A DNA stretch of 58,383 bases, filler included, from Porpidia crustulata (lineage: Eukaryota), in assembly GCA_964255105.1 (NCBI GenBank). It is 3 parts of 3 records of this genome, joined end to end, with 100 filler letters (N's around TTAATTAATTAA, not from the genome) between each part and the next. Parts side by side here need not be neighbours in the genome. Positions count along the whole stretch, not along the records: positions 19,580 to 38,949 come from CAXUWE010000143.1; 2 more parts are not named here. One strand, written 5' to 3'. Positions 25,315 to 36,227 of the stretch are shown here, in pieces. The position numbers and the translations under genes are program-made. Numbering within the stretch: the first letter of the stretch is position 1; each line of letters opens with the position of its first letter. The notes under the pieces are model-generated. The model was not told the DNA's origin and made no database searches. It worked only from the letters and a program-made list of their open reading frames with translations.

Positions 25315-26560
25315 ATGGCTAAGAAATCTCTAGTCGTTCTGAGAGACTCTGGACGATTCACTATCGTTAGCGATCCGGTCATGTGCTGCGATGATACTCC
25401 AGCAAAGAGTGACAGAGATCTAAGAGAATGCGGCGGTGAGCCCATCATGGTCAAGCCAGAAGAGAGCGTGATCGCCGATTCTTCATTGGACCTTGAAGAG
25501 GATCTTCCCAAAGGTAGGATTTCCCTCGTCGTCATGAATATAATATAAATTCGACTTACGCTCCGTCCAGACATCCCCGAGATATCATTCATCAGCGTCT
25601 CAGCACAATCATCGTTTATCAACACAACGTCAGAGGCAGTGGAAGAGCTGGCTAGCTCGTCAGTCTCCCGATCCCCTCTTACATAGATTTTCGCAACAAC
25701 TGAGTCCTCTTCTTTTGTTCCAACAGGCTGTACAAGTCCTCTATCTTCTCGGTCACCGTTGGCCCACTCAAGGACACGTTCTCGGTCCATCAAGCCATCC
25801 TTTCGGCATCCCCCATCTTGAAGGAGAAATGCACGCATATGGTCAACGTGTACGGCTCTACTTGTCTGGAGCTGCTACACGTCGACCCAGAGTCATTTGC
25901 TCTACTCCTTGATTTCCTCTATACCGGAGATTTCAACCCCACTAAAAGCTGGTCGAGCAAAGATATCCTCGATATGAGGACCCTGGATTTAAAAGAAGAG
26001 AGCTCTGTCAGGTACTGCAAAGAAGGTCGCTCTACTGCCTTGCTCTTGATTATCAACTTCACCAACTGCAAGACCTTGTTATCCAAAAAAATGCAGATAG
26101 ACGATCCCATCCCGTTTCACAATTTTCTCAAGATTGCCGAGGAAACTTACGAGAAGCTTGGGGAAGGGCAAGGAGCTTCCTTCAGAGAACAATTCAAGAG
26201 TTAGGCCACAAGAGAATTTAAAGACAGTAAAGATACAGTATGGCAGAATTGGATTGCTGCTACAGTCATGAGAGGAGGTCCCTTGGCCGCAGATCTGTTT
26301 GCGAGTCTAGCGTCCAGTAATGAGCAAACTCTTCCAACTGAAGACAATGGAGGAGAAAACTCGTTGTCTCGAGCGTGGGTAGCCCAATCCTCCAAGCTCG
26401 GCTCTTTCTATTCTCCAAAACTCGAGGCGCGTAGAACGATAAGTCCAGGACCTGAATGGCGTAGACGCTCTAAGACATTGAGCAAACTAGCATACATCAC
26501 GCCACTTCCTTATAGTCCGAATATATAACCTACCTGCGACGCGTTCATCCAGCACCCATT
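25315..26560 (+). pseudogene. BTB/POZ domain protein with frameshifts and stops
   Basis: Fragments in different frames: YKSSIFSVTVGPLKDTFSVHQAILSASP / LELLHVDPESFALLLDFLYTGDF / FHNFLKIAEETY...GGPLAADLF. Confidence 0.65.
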
Positions 26561-26653
26561 CCAGTGCACGACCTAGCATCCTCTCCTCTCCTTCAATCGT
26601 CGGATTCCACAACATATAATCGTGGAACCGATAAACCTTTTATTTCCGCACAA

Positions 26654-29261
26654 TCACGTTTTCGTGTCCTTCTTTGACTTCTTGGCCTTTTTTGAGAACG
26701 GTGAGCTAGACCCTTCTGGAAGATTTGCAAAAGGAATCGACACGGCGTTGAAGGAGAAAACGGGGACCGCTTGATCCAGCTCAAGTGCAGGAGAGATTCG
26801 GGACACCTCAATATCGCTAAGTGTCGGTACTATCTCCAATTCTGAGGATATTGTAATTGACTCGGGTAGTCCAGTGGAAGCTTCTCCTACGATGTGCTGA
26901 AGTGGCCTCTCAGTACCTGCAATAGTCAATCAATCGACAGTGCAGCTTGCCTGGGATAGTTGTTCAAAGTCAGACAAAGTCTCGGCGTTTTCGCTATCGG
27001 GATCATGTCGCTTCGTCGGTTTTCGGGAATCAAGGGTGCGGAAATTCGATACATCAGCTCCATCTGAATTGAAAGTTAACCGACATGGGATCTGGAAAAT
27101 TGGATGGAAGGCATACTCAAAGTCTTGCGATTGGTATGGATCCTGCAGATTTCCAACCCTGCTTGTAGCACTACCATTTTCTGTTGCGTTAGCTCTCGAA
27201 GGCCCTGGTTTTGGTGAGATTCGGCTGCTATCCCACCGACAAGCTCTTTGTCCATCTGCAAAACGTGTGACGGTGAGAGAAGGTCACTGATGCCAGCAAC
27301 AAGGCAGCTTTCAATTGCATGGACTGCCACGTTGTCTATCACTGATTTCATCGCAACCTGACCGGTTATAAGTAAGATCTTCGGTATCAGATGAAGCGTT
27401 CTTACCTTATAGTAGGCTTCCATACAATCTAGGATCTCTGAGCAAGCATATCGGTCCATATCGGCCTCAGTCCTCGAAGAGAGCGCAGACAGGAGACTGG
27501 GGACTCTAGCGTTTTTCACACTAACGCTGTCCACATTGGTACTTTGATTATGGCCCAGAAATCTCCGTAGCTTGTGAGCAATCTCTGCTTCGTGGCGTTT
27601 TCCCCTCACTTTCTGAATGGTCTCGGTAAGATAGTGGTTGTAAGTAATTGGGTGGCCAGTCTGGTATGGTCTTAGGATTTCATTAAGCTTTCCATTCATC
27701 TCCTTGAGCTTTTGATCCATGAGAGGATCGATCACCTGACCAAGAAGGGCTTCCGAGGTCGGTTCGTCAGCCAAGTGCGAGATCAGTAGGTCGAGAAAGG
27801 ACCTCGTCGCTTGCCAGACGTTTCTCAGGTGCTGTCGAGCCAATCGTTCCCATGGCTTTGATTGTTCACAAAAAAGATCGCCAACAATGAGGGGACTGAA
27901 CATCCCCGGCAATTCTTGACCTCTAGTGATATTCAAAAGCTCCTTGATCTCATCGATAAATTCTGCTCTTGATACCGTCATCATACTTTCCGTTGGATGG
28001 GAAGAGCTGTTGAGTTCTTCCACAATGCGACGCTGCTGTCCTCGAAGTTGGACTGATTCTGCGAATTCGACATTCAGATTCTGGATGACAGCCCGAAGTC
28101 TCTTGGTGTAGCCGTTTGCTGAGCGGGACTCGCCAAAGTACCTGTGCCCATAAGAACCATCGAGAGAGGCCTTAGAGATCGCTTGAAATTCCTGGCTGAT
28201 CTGCAAAAGAAACAGTCGCTGTTGGTCAAAGCCGTCTCGATTGGGCCCGAGCCTAGCTAAGGTTCCACGACAGTCATTTATTTTGGTTTCGATATCGTCA
28301 ATGAGCATCGGTAGCTCGGCCCGAATCTGATCAAAGAGAACCTTGCTGAGCTTTTTCGCAAGGTATGGATACCAACAGTGTCCCTTGGAAAGTCCTTCCA
28401 GGGCCCCTGATCAAGGAATTGCCGCTCAGCATCATCCCGACCTTCTGCTGATAATTGTCTGGTCTCATAGCTACGATTTTTGAGGACGTGCCAGCCAAGT
28501 CGGAACGCGATGTCCATATTTCGAGCCAGATTCACAAAAGCTGACTCGCTTTCGGATCCAACGGAAAGCGTATCCGGCTTCGTGATGACCCCCATTGTTC
28601 GTCTGCCTTGTGGATCTACTTGTCTTGCCAACTTCAGCACAATCTGGTTGGCGTAGTCGTTCTTCGCAGAAATCACAGCGAGAATGATGCTCCTTCGGTT
28701 GATCATGTACTCATACACCATGCTCTGCACAATTTGAATGTCTGCAGCCGTCTGTAACTTATTCTCCGAATGGATCAGGCCTGGCAAGTCAACAATTGTC
28801 AAATGTGGTTGATTTGGCCCAGAGATTTCGAGGCGGAGAACATCCGTTGAGAATGCACTGGAACTTTGCGTCACGTCCATGCAAGATTTGGCATCGTGGA
28901 CGAGCGCCGAAAAATCTTCTAGATTGGCCAGATTATGCCGAAAAGCTAGGAGTTTCAGCTTTTCCTTTTCTGTACGTCCGGGGCCAGGTACTATGGCCAC
29001 AGAGATATTGACGCCTGACGTATGTCGAAGTATAACTTCGGTGGCAAAACGCGTGCAAAGATTGTCTTTGGTAGGAAATGGGATCCCGGAAATCGCCTCA
29101 AGCACGGAGCTCTTGCCAGATGACTGATCGCCGCAGACAACCAGCTGGGGAAGATTTACATACTGACTAATTCCATGGGAACGAAGCTTGTCGATGTCGT
29201 TCAGTAGAGCAAGCTTCTTGTCGGAGCCCAGTGTCTCAAGCCTGGACTTAGGATAATTCAT
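26654..29261 (-). CDS. Mx-like dynamin-family GTPase (copy 1), with a 1-nt frameshift in an A5 run at 28352-28356; 3' end uncertain
   Basis: LPQLVVCGDQSSGKSS (G1), LCTRFATE (G2), DLPG (G3) and TKPD (G4). Middle domain has RGQELPG and PITYNHY; GED-like region follows intron 27358-27405. Adding one A restores LRKKLSKVLFDQIRAELP. Confidence 0.88.
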
Positions 29262-29449
29262 TGTGAATACAGAGAGGTAGTAAACGTTACGCGACTATAC
29301 AAGACTCCACGGCTCAATACGAGAGTGTTTTTCGAAAGTTATCTAGAACAAAACGAAAAGGATGTTCCGTTACTGGATATCAGCGCGGTCTTGTTGTGAT
29401 AGCAATGAAAGGGGTGCTCTAGGTTCACCGGGGTAAGCCAACTGTTGTG

Positions 29450-29975
29450 ACATTGCTTATTGGTTCGCTACTAGAGATGTGAGAAACGCTTATCGTCTGA
29501 TACGCTTTGGGTCGTCGGATTCTTGCGTTATCTCTTTTCATCTCGAAGCCCTATAACGCAGTCATGAGTAAATCGCTGAAGGAAATCAGTAGAGCGTTGC
29601 ATTTGATTATGCATATCGTCGAAAAGATGTCAGCCGTCCTCACTGAGCCTCGACAAAAGTGTTTATGATCGACAGATGAGCGGACACAAAGTGTCTATCC
29701 AATAACAAGGCATGATGCCCGCAATGCATCTCGTATGTAGAAACCCACAATTCAGAACACACAAAGATTCGTCCACAATCTCCAGTCATGTACGCTTGAC
29801 TCATTGCTATCTGTCCCCACATCTGATTGAACGTCACGCTTTACTCTATTTGTTCATGACTGCATTCTGATGTATTGAGATGAAAAGATAACATACAAGA
29901 ACCTAACGCCACAAAATATATCGGACGATCCTTGTTTCTCACATCTTCTACAGCGAAGCAAGAAAAACGATGTGT
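29450..29975. repeat. Diverged inverted repeat (~120-bp arms at ~29450-29575 and ~29845-29975) in the divergent promoter
   Basis: Left arm: TTCGCT..AGATGTGAGAAAC..ATCGTC..TTCTTG..TCTTTTCATCTC..GCAGTCATGA..AAAT. The right arm carries the reverse complement of the same blocks in the same order and spacing. Confidence 0.85.
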
Positions 29976-30240
29976 TCCATTACGAGGCCCTTTTCCTGAA
30001 ATGAATTAGTTTGGTAATAGACGTTCTGCGCGCGAATATTTTAGACTGATCCTTAATATCACCCTTTTCATAGAACTTGAGACGTTTTATTTCCAACGTA
30101 TTGACAATTTCGGCCGTGTCAGCCAGTGGTTTCGCTGACTTTCTTGCTTTTGGCTCGCCCACATCGAGGATCGAAGGAATTTGGATGCGGGACCACAACA
30201 GTCAAAACCTCTAGTTCCCTGGAAAATTGCCGTATTTGTT

Positions 30241-30952
30241 ATGGCACTCATACTAGCCTCGACAAGATCGGCGTTCTTCCAACAGTATGATTTTCACTTT
30301 AACCTTCATGCCACGCTCCACACCGAATTTCGCCGTCTAGCGAAAGATCGTAAATGGAAACAAGGCTCGAACAGCAAGCTATTTGAGAAGGCTTGGGGTC
30401 GCTGTTTTGGCCCAGAGGTTCCCGTCGGCTGCGAAATCGATAGGGGGGAACGTCGTACTGGAGCTCAGCATGTCACGGATAATGACGAGTTTTTCTCTAT
30501 GCTACACAGCCTTCAAAGCCTCGACCTTGAGGGAGGGACAACCAAGAGGACACTAAAAGCCCAAAGGGTTGGCGCGGAATTTGTCTCCCATTACGGTAAC
30601 GACGCTCATGTCACGGAGAGATGGCAGGTGCTTTGCCAGGATTGCGGAGTCAATCCAGTACCACCATCTATCAAAAAATGCAAAAAGGTGCAGCCCCTTC
30701 CTGCGATGCGCTCGGCAGGATTTTGGTAGTACGTACCCATGCTGATGTCTTCTTGAGTTTTATTAGGCACTGAAAGGCTTAAACATTAACATATATCATT
30801 TCCTCGATGCGAAAAGAACCGGAAAAGTCCCGCATCGTTTTCCATCCCGACGGGATTTGGCGGTGTTCATGGAAAGACATCCAGAGAAAAGGTATCCTTT
30901 GAGTATGGCGAGACAGAACAAGTTCTTGAGTGTACTTCTCATCGAATGCTAG
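30241..30952 (+). CDS. Uncharacterised fungal 'F..HYG-D....W..LC' family protein (partner 1), 2 exons
   Basis: FFQQYDF..TEFRRLAKDRKW...EFVSHYGNDAHVTERWQVLCQDCGVNPVPPSIKKCKK / intron 30688-30766 / ALKGLNINIYHFLDAKRTGKVPHRFPSRRDLAVF...KRYPL...FLSVLL. Confidence 0.75.
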
Positions 30953-31795
30953 CGAGTTCTCTGAACCATCACCTCGATTACTAGGAAGTATTACACCCGC
31001 GCGGTACCTCGCTTCTCCGCAGTAAATATGTTTCAAGCATACCTCGATGTAATGGTCGACAGCGCGTCTATCCTGCTCATCTTTGTCTTTTCGCCTTCCT
31101 CCTCCTTCTGATTGTCCCACTGATCCTTGTTGTCTACGCTGATTAGAAAATCGGAGGAAGTATGCGTTCGGCCTTCGTCGCTACATTTGCATGCTCATTT
31201 GCGGGACTTTGACAAGACAAGACAGTTGCGGCACCGTGAAGGGACGCTAAAGACGGGAGTGCAGATATAACTGAAACTATCCTGATAGGGACTTGGCTGG
31301 GGGATCAAATATGGGGCTGATTATAGAGTATTAAAGTATTCCATAGCAGGCAGTAGTGTAGAAATGCTGGGGTTGAAAAACAATTATCCTGTTATACTGA
31401 GTTATTGCTCGCTTTTGTTTGCGGAGGTTGTATTATTTACATTGGGTTCGATTCCAGAGTATTCATCGTTGGCATATATATTTCGAGTGAATGATTTGAA
31501 AGCACTTGCTGTCAAAAACTTCAATGCGCCATTGATGTGAAGAACTTCTAAGAGATCAGGATTTTATGATTGTTTAGCACAACTCAACGATTAGGTCGAG
31601 TCAATCTTAATCTGATCTAAACCAAACGAACCTCTCCTGGTCTGGGGTATTTTCTGGGAGACTAAGCAGAAGTAACGGAGTTAGAAACCATATTAAGTCA
31701 AATTTGATAAACACGCCGAGATATAGATAATGAAGCAGTGACTCGATGATAGTAGCGAGCGCAATTCATGATCTATGATAGTGACATGATATACA

Positions 31796-34196
31796 CTATG
31801 ATGTAGCACTCCCCATAACACCACGAAAAATACTTCGTCCGTCATTCAACTTTTTAATTTTGCTTTCAAGAAGATCCCTTTGTCTCCTCGCCGACGGAGG
31901 CTCAGAGGCGATTGCTTGCGCTTCCGGGTCAGACATGCCGTTCACTGTAATGGGAGAAAAAATTTTCTCCAGGCCGCGCACGATGTGTCGCTCCACGACT
32001 TGCGTAGTAATGTTGTCGACGAAAGTTTTAGTGAGAGCTAAGCAGAATGAGTATGGAATAATCGATCAGGGAACTCACTGACCTTGTAAATCGAATGAAG
32101 ACAGTCAAGAGCTTCTTCACAACTATGATTCTCCATGTCCGGATCTATCTCGCCAGAATATTCTCGCGCTGCTTTTTTAGTATCGACATGTGCACTTGTA
32201 TGATTTGAGCTACATCCTGGAAGTATGACGTGTTGGGTCGCGTTGTCAATGCAACTGGCCAGAGACATTTCTTCTCTTTCGCGACGTCTCTTCTTGATCG
32301 TGTCAGTGTAGTAGTGATTATATGTTATCGGATAGCTTTTGATGTCTTCGATGATCCTTTCCATCTCTTTGATAGAACCGACGAACCTCAACTGTAGAGC
32401 ATCTTCGACCTTGGACGACCAGAGACGGGTGTATACATCCTTGGGACATTTCTCTCGAAGCAAAGCATCAAGGAATCGATTGCAGACGTCCGCAACATCC
32501 TCAATGTGATGCTCGGCCATCTGTTGCCATTTACTAGATTGCTCCCAGAAGAGCTCACCAACCAACAGCGGATTGAAGTTACCGGGTAGCTCTTTACCAC
32601 GAGTCCGAACCAAAACTTCTCTGACCCAGTCCATCGCTCTAGATTTGGACCAATGAACCGGTGGTACCGGTTCTGTTATTGAGATAATGGGGATCACTCC
32701 TGGCTTAAGTGCTCTATCGTCCGTCTCCGCTTCGTCGTGTTCGCCGATGTGGTATTTGTAGCCGTGCGTGCGCAAAAGATTGGAGAATTCGCAGTTCTTG
32801 TACTGAATAACAGCCCGCAGTCGACGTATCGTCGAGGAAGATTCTACTGAAAATGCATGATCGGCGCTATGAGCAAAGTATTCTCCTTCGTAGTGCCCAT
32901 TGACTGCAGCTTTGCCAACCTCGTAAAAGTCCAGGCTGAGCTGCGTCAAAAAGGCTTTGCACTCCTGCGACGTAGCTCTCGAATTACCCATTGCTTCCAG
33001 TTGAAGTTGTGTATCCGCGAACGCTTCCTCGAGATCCTTTCGTAGTTTCGGGAGCTCCTGCTTTACGTGATCGAAGAGCAGCTGGCTAAGCCGATCCCGT
33101 AGAGACGTAATCCCAACACACTCTTTGGGCAGGGTGGAGAAATTCGATCTTCTGAAGTAGTTGATTTCAGAGACATTGCGTTGCTCAAATGAGCTTGAGC
33201 CCTCTTCATAACTGCGGTTCTTCAGTACGTGCCAGCCCAACTTGAAAAATATGTCCTCGTTTCGTGCCAGACCGAGAAAAGCGCTTTCGCTGCCAGAGCC
33301 GGAAGATAGTCGATCGGGTTTTGTAATGATACCAAGCGTGCGATCTCCCTCTGGGTCGACTTTTCTAACCTTCTTCAGGATACCTTGATTGGCATAGTCG
33401 TTGGCTGCCGAGACCACAGCCAGACAAATTGTACGAGGCTGGCATATGTAATGGTCGGTGATCTCGGTGACAAGCTGGACATCCTCTTCAGTCACTCCTC
33501 TGGTCTCAGTCTGCACGAGCCCCGGAAGATCGACCAATGTCAGCTGAGGTCTGGAACGACCTCCAATTTCGATACTCAAGACATCTTTGGCGAAGGCCTT
33601 GGACTTGGCGGTAGATTTGTTATTGATTCCCATAAGAGCCGTTGCTTTGTCCATTAAGGAAGGAAGGTCTTCAAAATCCGAAATGGACTCTTTAAAAGAT
33701 TCGATGGAAGCTCGTTCTTCAGGGGGCCTTTCGTTGTCTGGTATCACTTTAATTGTGATCGCGTCACTCGTGGCACGGCGTAAAATGATTTCTGTGGCAA
33801 ATCGCGTACAGAGATTATCGTTTCTTGGGAATGGGATTTCTGTAAGGGCTTCGAGGACTGAACTTTTGCCGGCTGATTGATCACCGCAAACGACGAGCTG
33901 CGGCAGGGACAGCGTGCTCTCAAGACCACATTGGCGAAGCTGATCGACAATGTTAAGTACCTTTCGTTGTTCGGCGCTTTGAAGGCCTTCAAGAGACGAA
34001 GTTGTTTCCAATGCTTGAGGCGGGTTGTCAATCTCCGGTTCCATGAAGCTGCCGGCGACTGACAGGTCATCTGAATCGTCTGGATGTCAGCAGCCCATTC
34101 ATGACGCAAGCAAATAACCAGATATCATCACTTGCCTGAAGAATTAGTTGAGGAATCTCGATCAGGCAAACCGGCCATTGAGTATGATGCAGACAT
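31796..34196 (-). CDS. Mx-like dynamin-family GTPase (copy 2), apparently intact
   Basis: GDQSAGKSS, LCTRFATE, DLPG, TKPD, RGKELPGNFNP, PITYNHYYTD and a GED exon KTFVDNITTQVVERHIVRGL. GC-AG intron 34080-34135 joins exon 1 in frame; the last intron is near 32038-32080. Confidence 0.92.
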
Positions 34197-35064
34197 GATA
34201 TTTAAAGAGAAGATGGCAACTTGAAACAGCGAACAATAGTGATCAGGAGGGAAGCAGTGGGTGATATGTGAATGAGAATCATGCATGCTGAACTTCAACC
34301 AAGCAACGCGCACTTGAAGAAACGCTATCTTAAAGCAAGGCAGACTTCTTCTCATTGAGCGCATGACACGTGATAAGCTCATGCGTCTCGCCATTCCCTG
34401 TTTATTACATATCTCACATATAAGTCTTATCAATCTATTGCGATTCGTATTCGTCTTTTGGGAAAAAGCCGATATAAGCTGCAAATCGCTCAATTGAGTC
34501 GAATGACGAAGAGCGCGGCCGAAAGTGATGAGCTGCAGATAGTTCCGCTATATTTTTGCTGTTAGGGCAGTAGATGACTCATTGGAGTATGCAAAAGGAC
34601 AACCAAGCCAATGACTCTCTTTTCAACGGCTCCAGTAAAGGTGCCCATGGGGAAGTCCAATGAGCAGCTCTTTGAGGCACGAACCATGGCATAAATTGCA
34701 TCCGCGAAACACTTGCGATAGACGTCAGCCACTCATGTCCTCGGCTTCACCTTATGCTCATTGAAAGATTGCCCGGTGCATATTTGCTTCGATACGAGTT
34801 ATTCGAATCAGCCATTCAGATGAACATGATAACCCATAGATCACGGCTCGCAATCTTCGATCTAAAACAAAGTCATTAGATTGGTCAATAACACGACAGC
34901 TCCAGTTCTTAGTCACATGCATAAATCATTGGACCACCCGTTTTTAATATGACTTTCCTACCTCCTCCTTTTCCTTATTCCACTTCACCTGAATTCACAT
35001 TACACACGATTGAACGTGCACTTTCATTGTCGCCAAGCTGATTTTGTGCAAAGCGGCAGCTGAA

Positions 35065-35152
35065 ATGGCTGGCATCTGCTACCAATTCGAGGAGTCGGGC
35101 ACGTGCCGTTTCGGAAACGAGTGCAAATTCTCCCATCTCTTCACGAATGAAG
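35065..35152 (+). other. CCCH zinc-finger coding exon upstream of partner 2
   Basis: ATG 35065 gives MAGICYQFEESGTCRFGNECKFSHL, i.e. C-x8-C-x5-C-x3-H. I found no in-frame GT-AG splice to the 35264 frame, so the link is broken or miscalled. Confidence 0.75.
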
Positions 35153-35263
35153 GTTCCCATCCACGTTCCCTACTGGAGCTTAAATAACATGTGATAGCAG
35201 TCGTTCACAAATAGTAAAAACAAGAATGAGAACAGGAAGGAGAAGAAAAAGAAGAAGACACGC

Positions 35264-35852
35264 ATGAGTCATCCCTCGGCGGATCACCTTGACATATTCT
35301 TCACTCAGTATCCCGCATTCAGCTATCGACAAAATTTTTCCTCCACTGAGGAATTCTATCGCATGTGCGACTTCTTTGGTTGGGACCGCGATGATCCTGA
35401 ACGAGAAGAGGCCCATGAGAGCTTCAAGAAAGCTCTGGTGCTACAGTTCAATAGCCTTTATGGGACCGAAGTTGACGACCTTCAATCCCGGCGGGGACTA
35501 TTTCTCGCCCTGGAAAATTTCCCGCTTCCTGAAGACCTCAAAAAGGCTAAAAAGGTAAGCCCCGAACGTGGATTCTGGGGAAACGACAAATTAGAACAAA
35601 GATAATCGTGAAAATACTTGGGAATAGATGTTTGAGGGGAAATTCGTCAATCTTGTCGACCTTGTTGACACAGGAAATACGGGCTAGTGCGCTACCCAGT
35701 TCGATACACTTGAGGAACCCAAGGAGTACACAATCAAAACAGGGAAGTTCTTTCCAAAAGAGTCTGCGTATGCTGGAGGGATGCTTAAGTTTCTCCTGCG
35801 CGAAATTTTCAACGAGCATGTGGGTGGAACGTCGCGTCGGAACCGTCACTAG
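35264..35852 (+). pseudogene. Uncharacterised 'FN..YG-D' family protein (partner 2), in-frame TAG at 35685-35687
   Basis: LDIFFTQYPAFSY..EEFYRMCDFFGWDRDD..FKKALVLQFNSLYGTEVDDL..LPEDLKKAKK / intron / FVNLVDLVDTGNTG*CATQF...YTIKTGKFFPKESAYAGGMLKFLLREI. Same architecture and intron position as 30241-30952. Confidence 0.75.
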
Positions 35853-36227
35853 GCCTTAATCGTCGAGACTTTTGCGCGAATGTGAGCACGAACATGCTCG
35901 ACCAGAGAATTTGGGTACTGACGTGATCCAATATTGACACTATTTTCATGGAAAGAGTTTAACGTTAGCTTAGGAAGTATACTTGCTTTCGTATTCAGAT
36001 TATCACGGATGTATTAAGATAATTCCTTGGCAATTGATTTTCACGTCACGTGCAGCCTGACTTATTTACGCCCTACCGTTGCGCTACCTCGCATTCGTTC
36101 CCAACCGACAATAGACATCCAATAGACGCAATCTTTCGCCGACCACTAGAGCGTCTCACTATACATGCCACAATCAGAGCCCAGAGCTTTAAACACGATT
36201 ATAAGCCGTACGGAATGACCAATTAGC

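Noticed and set aside
31445..31456. GGTTCGATTCC, a tRNA T-loop/B-box-like motif
   Set aside because: The T-stem does not pair beyond 2 bp, and there is no acceptor stem, D-arm or A-box upstream.
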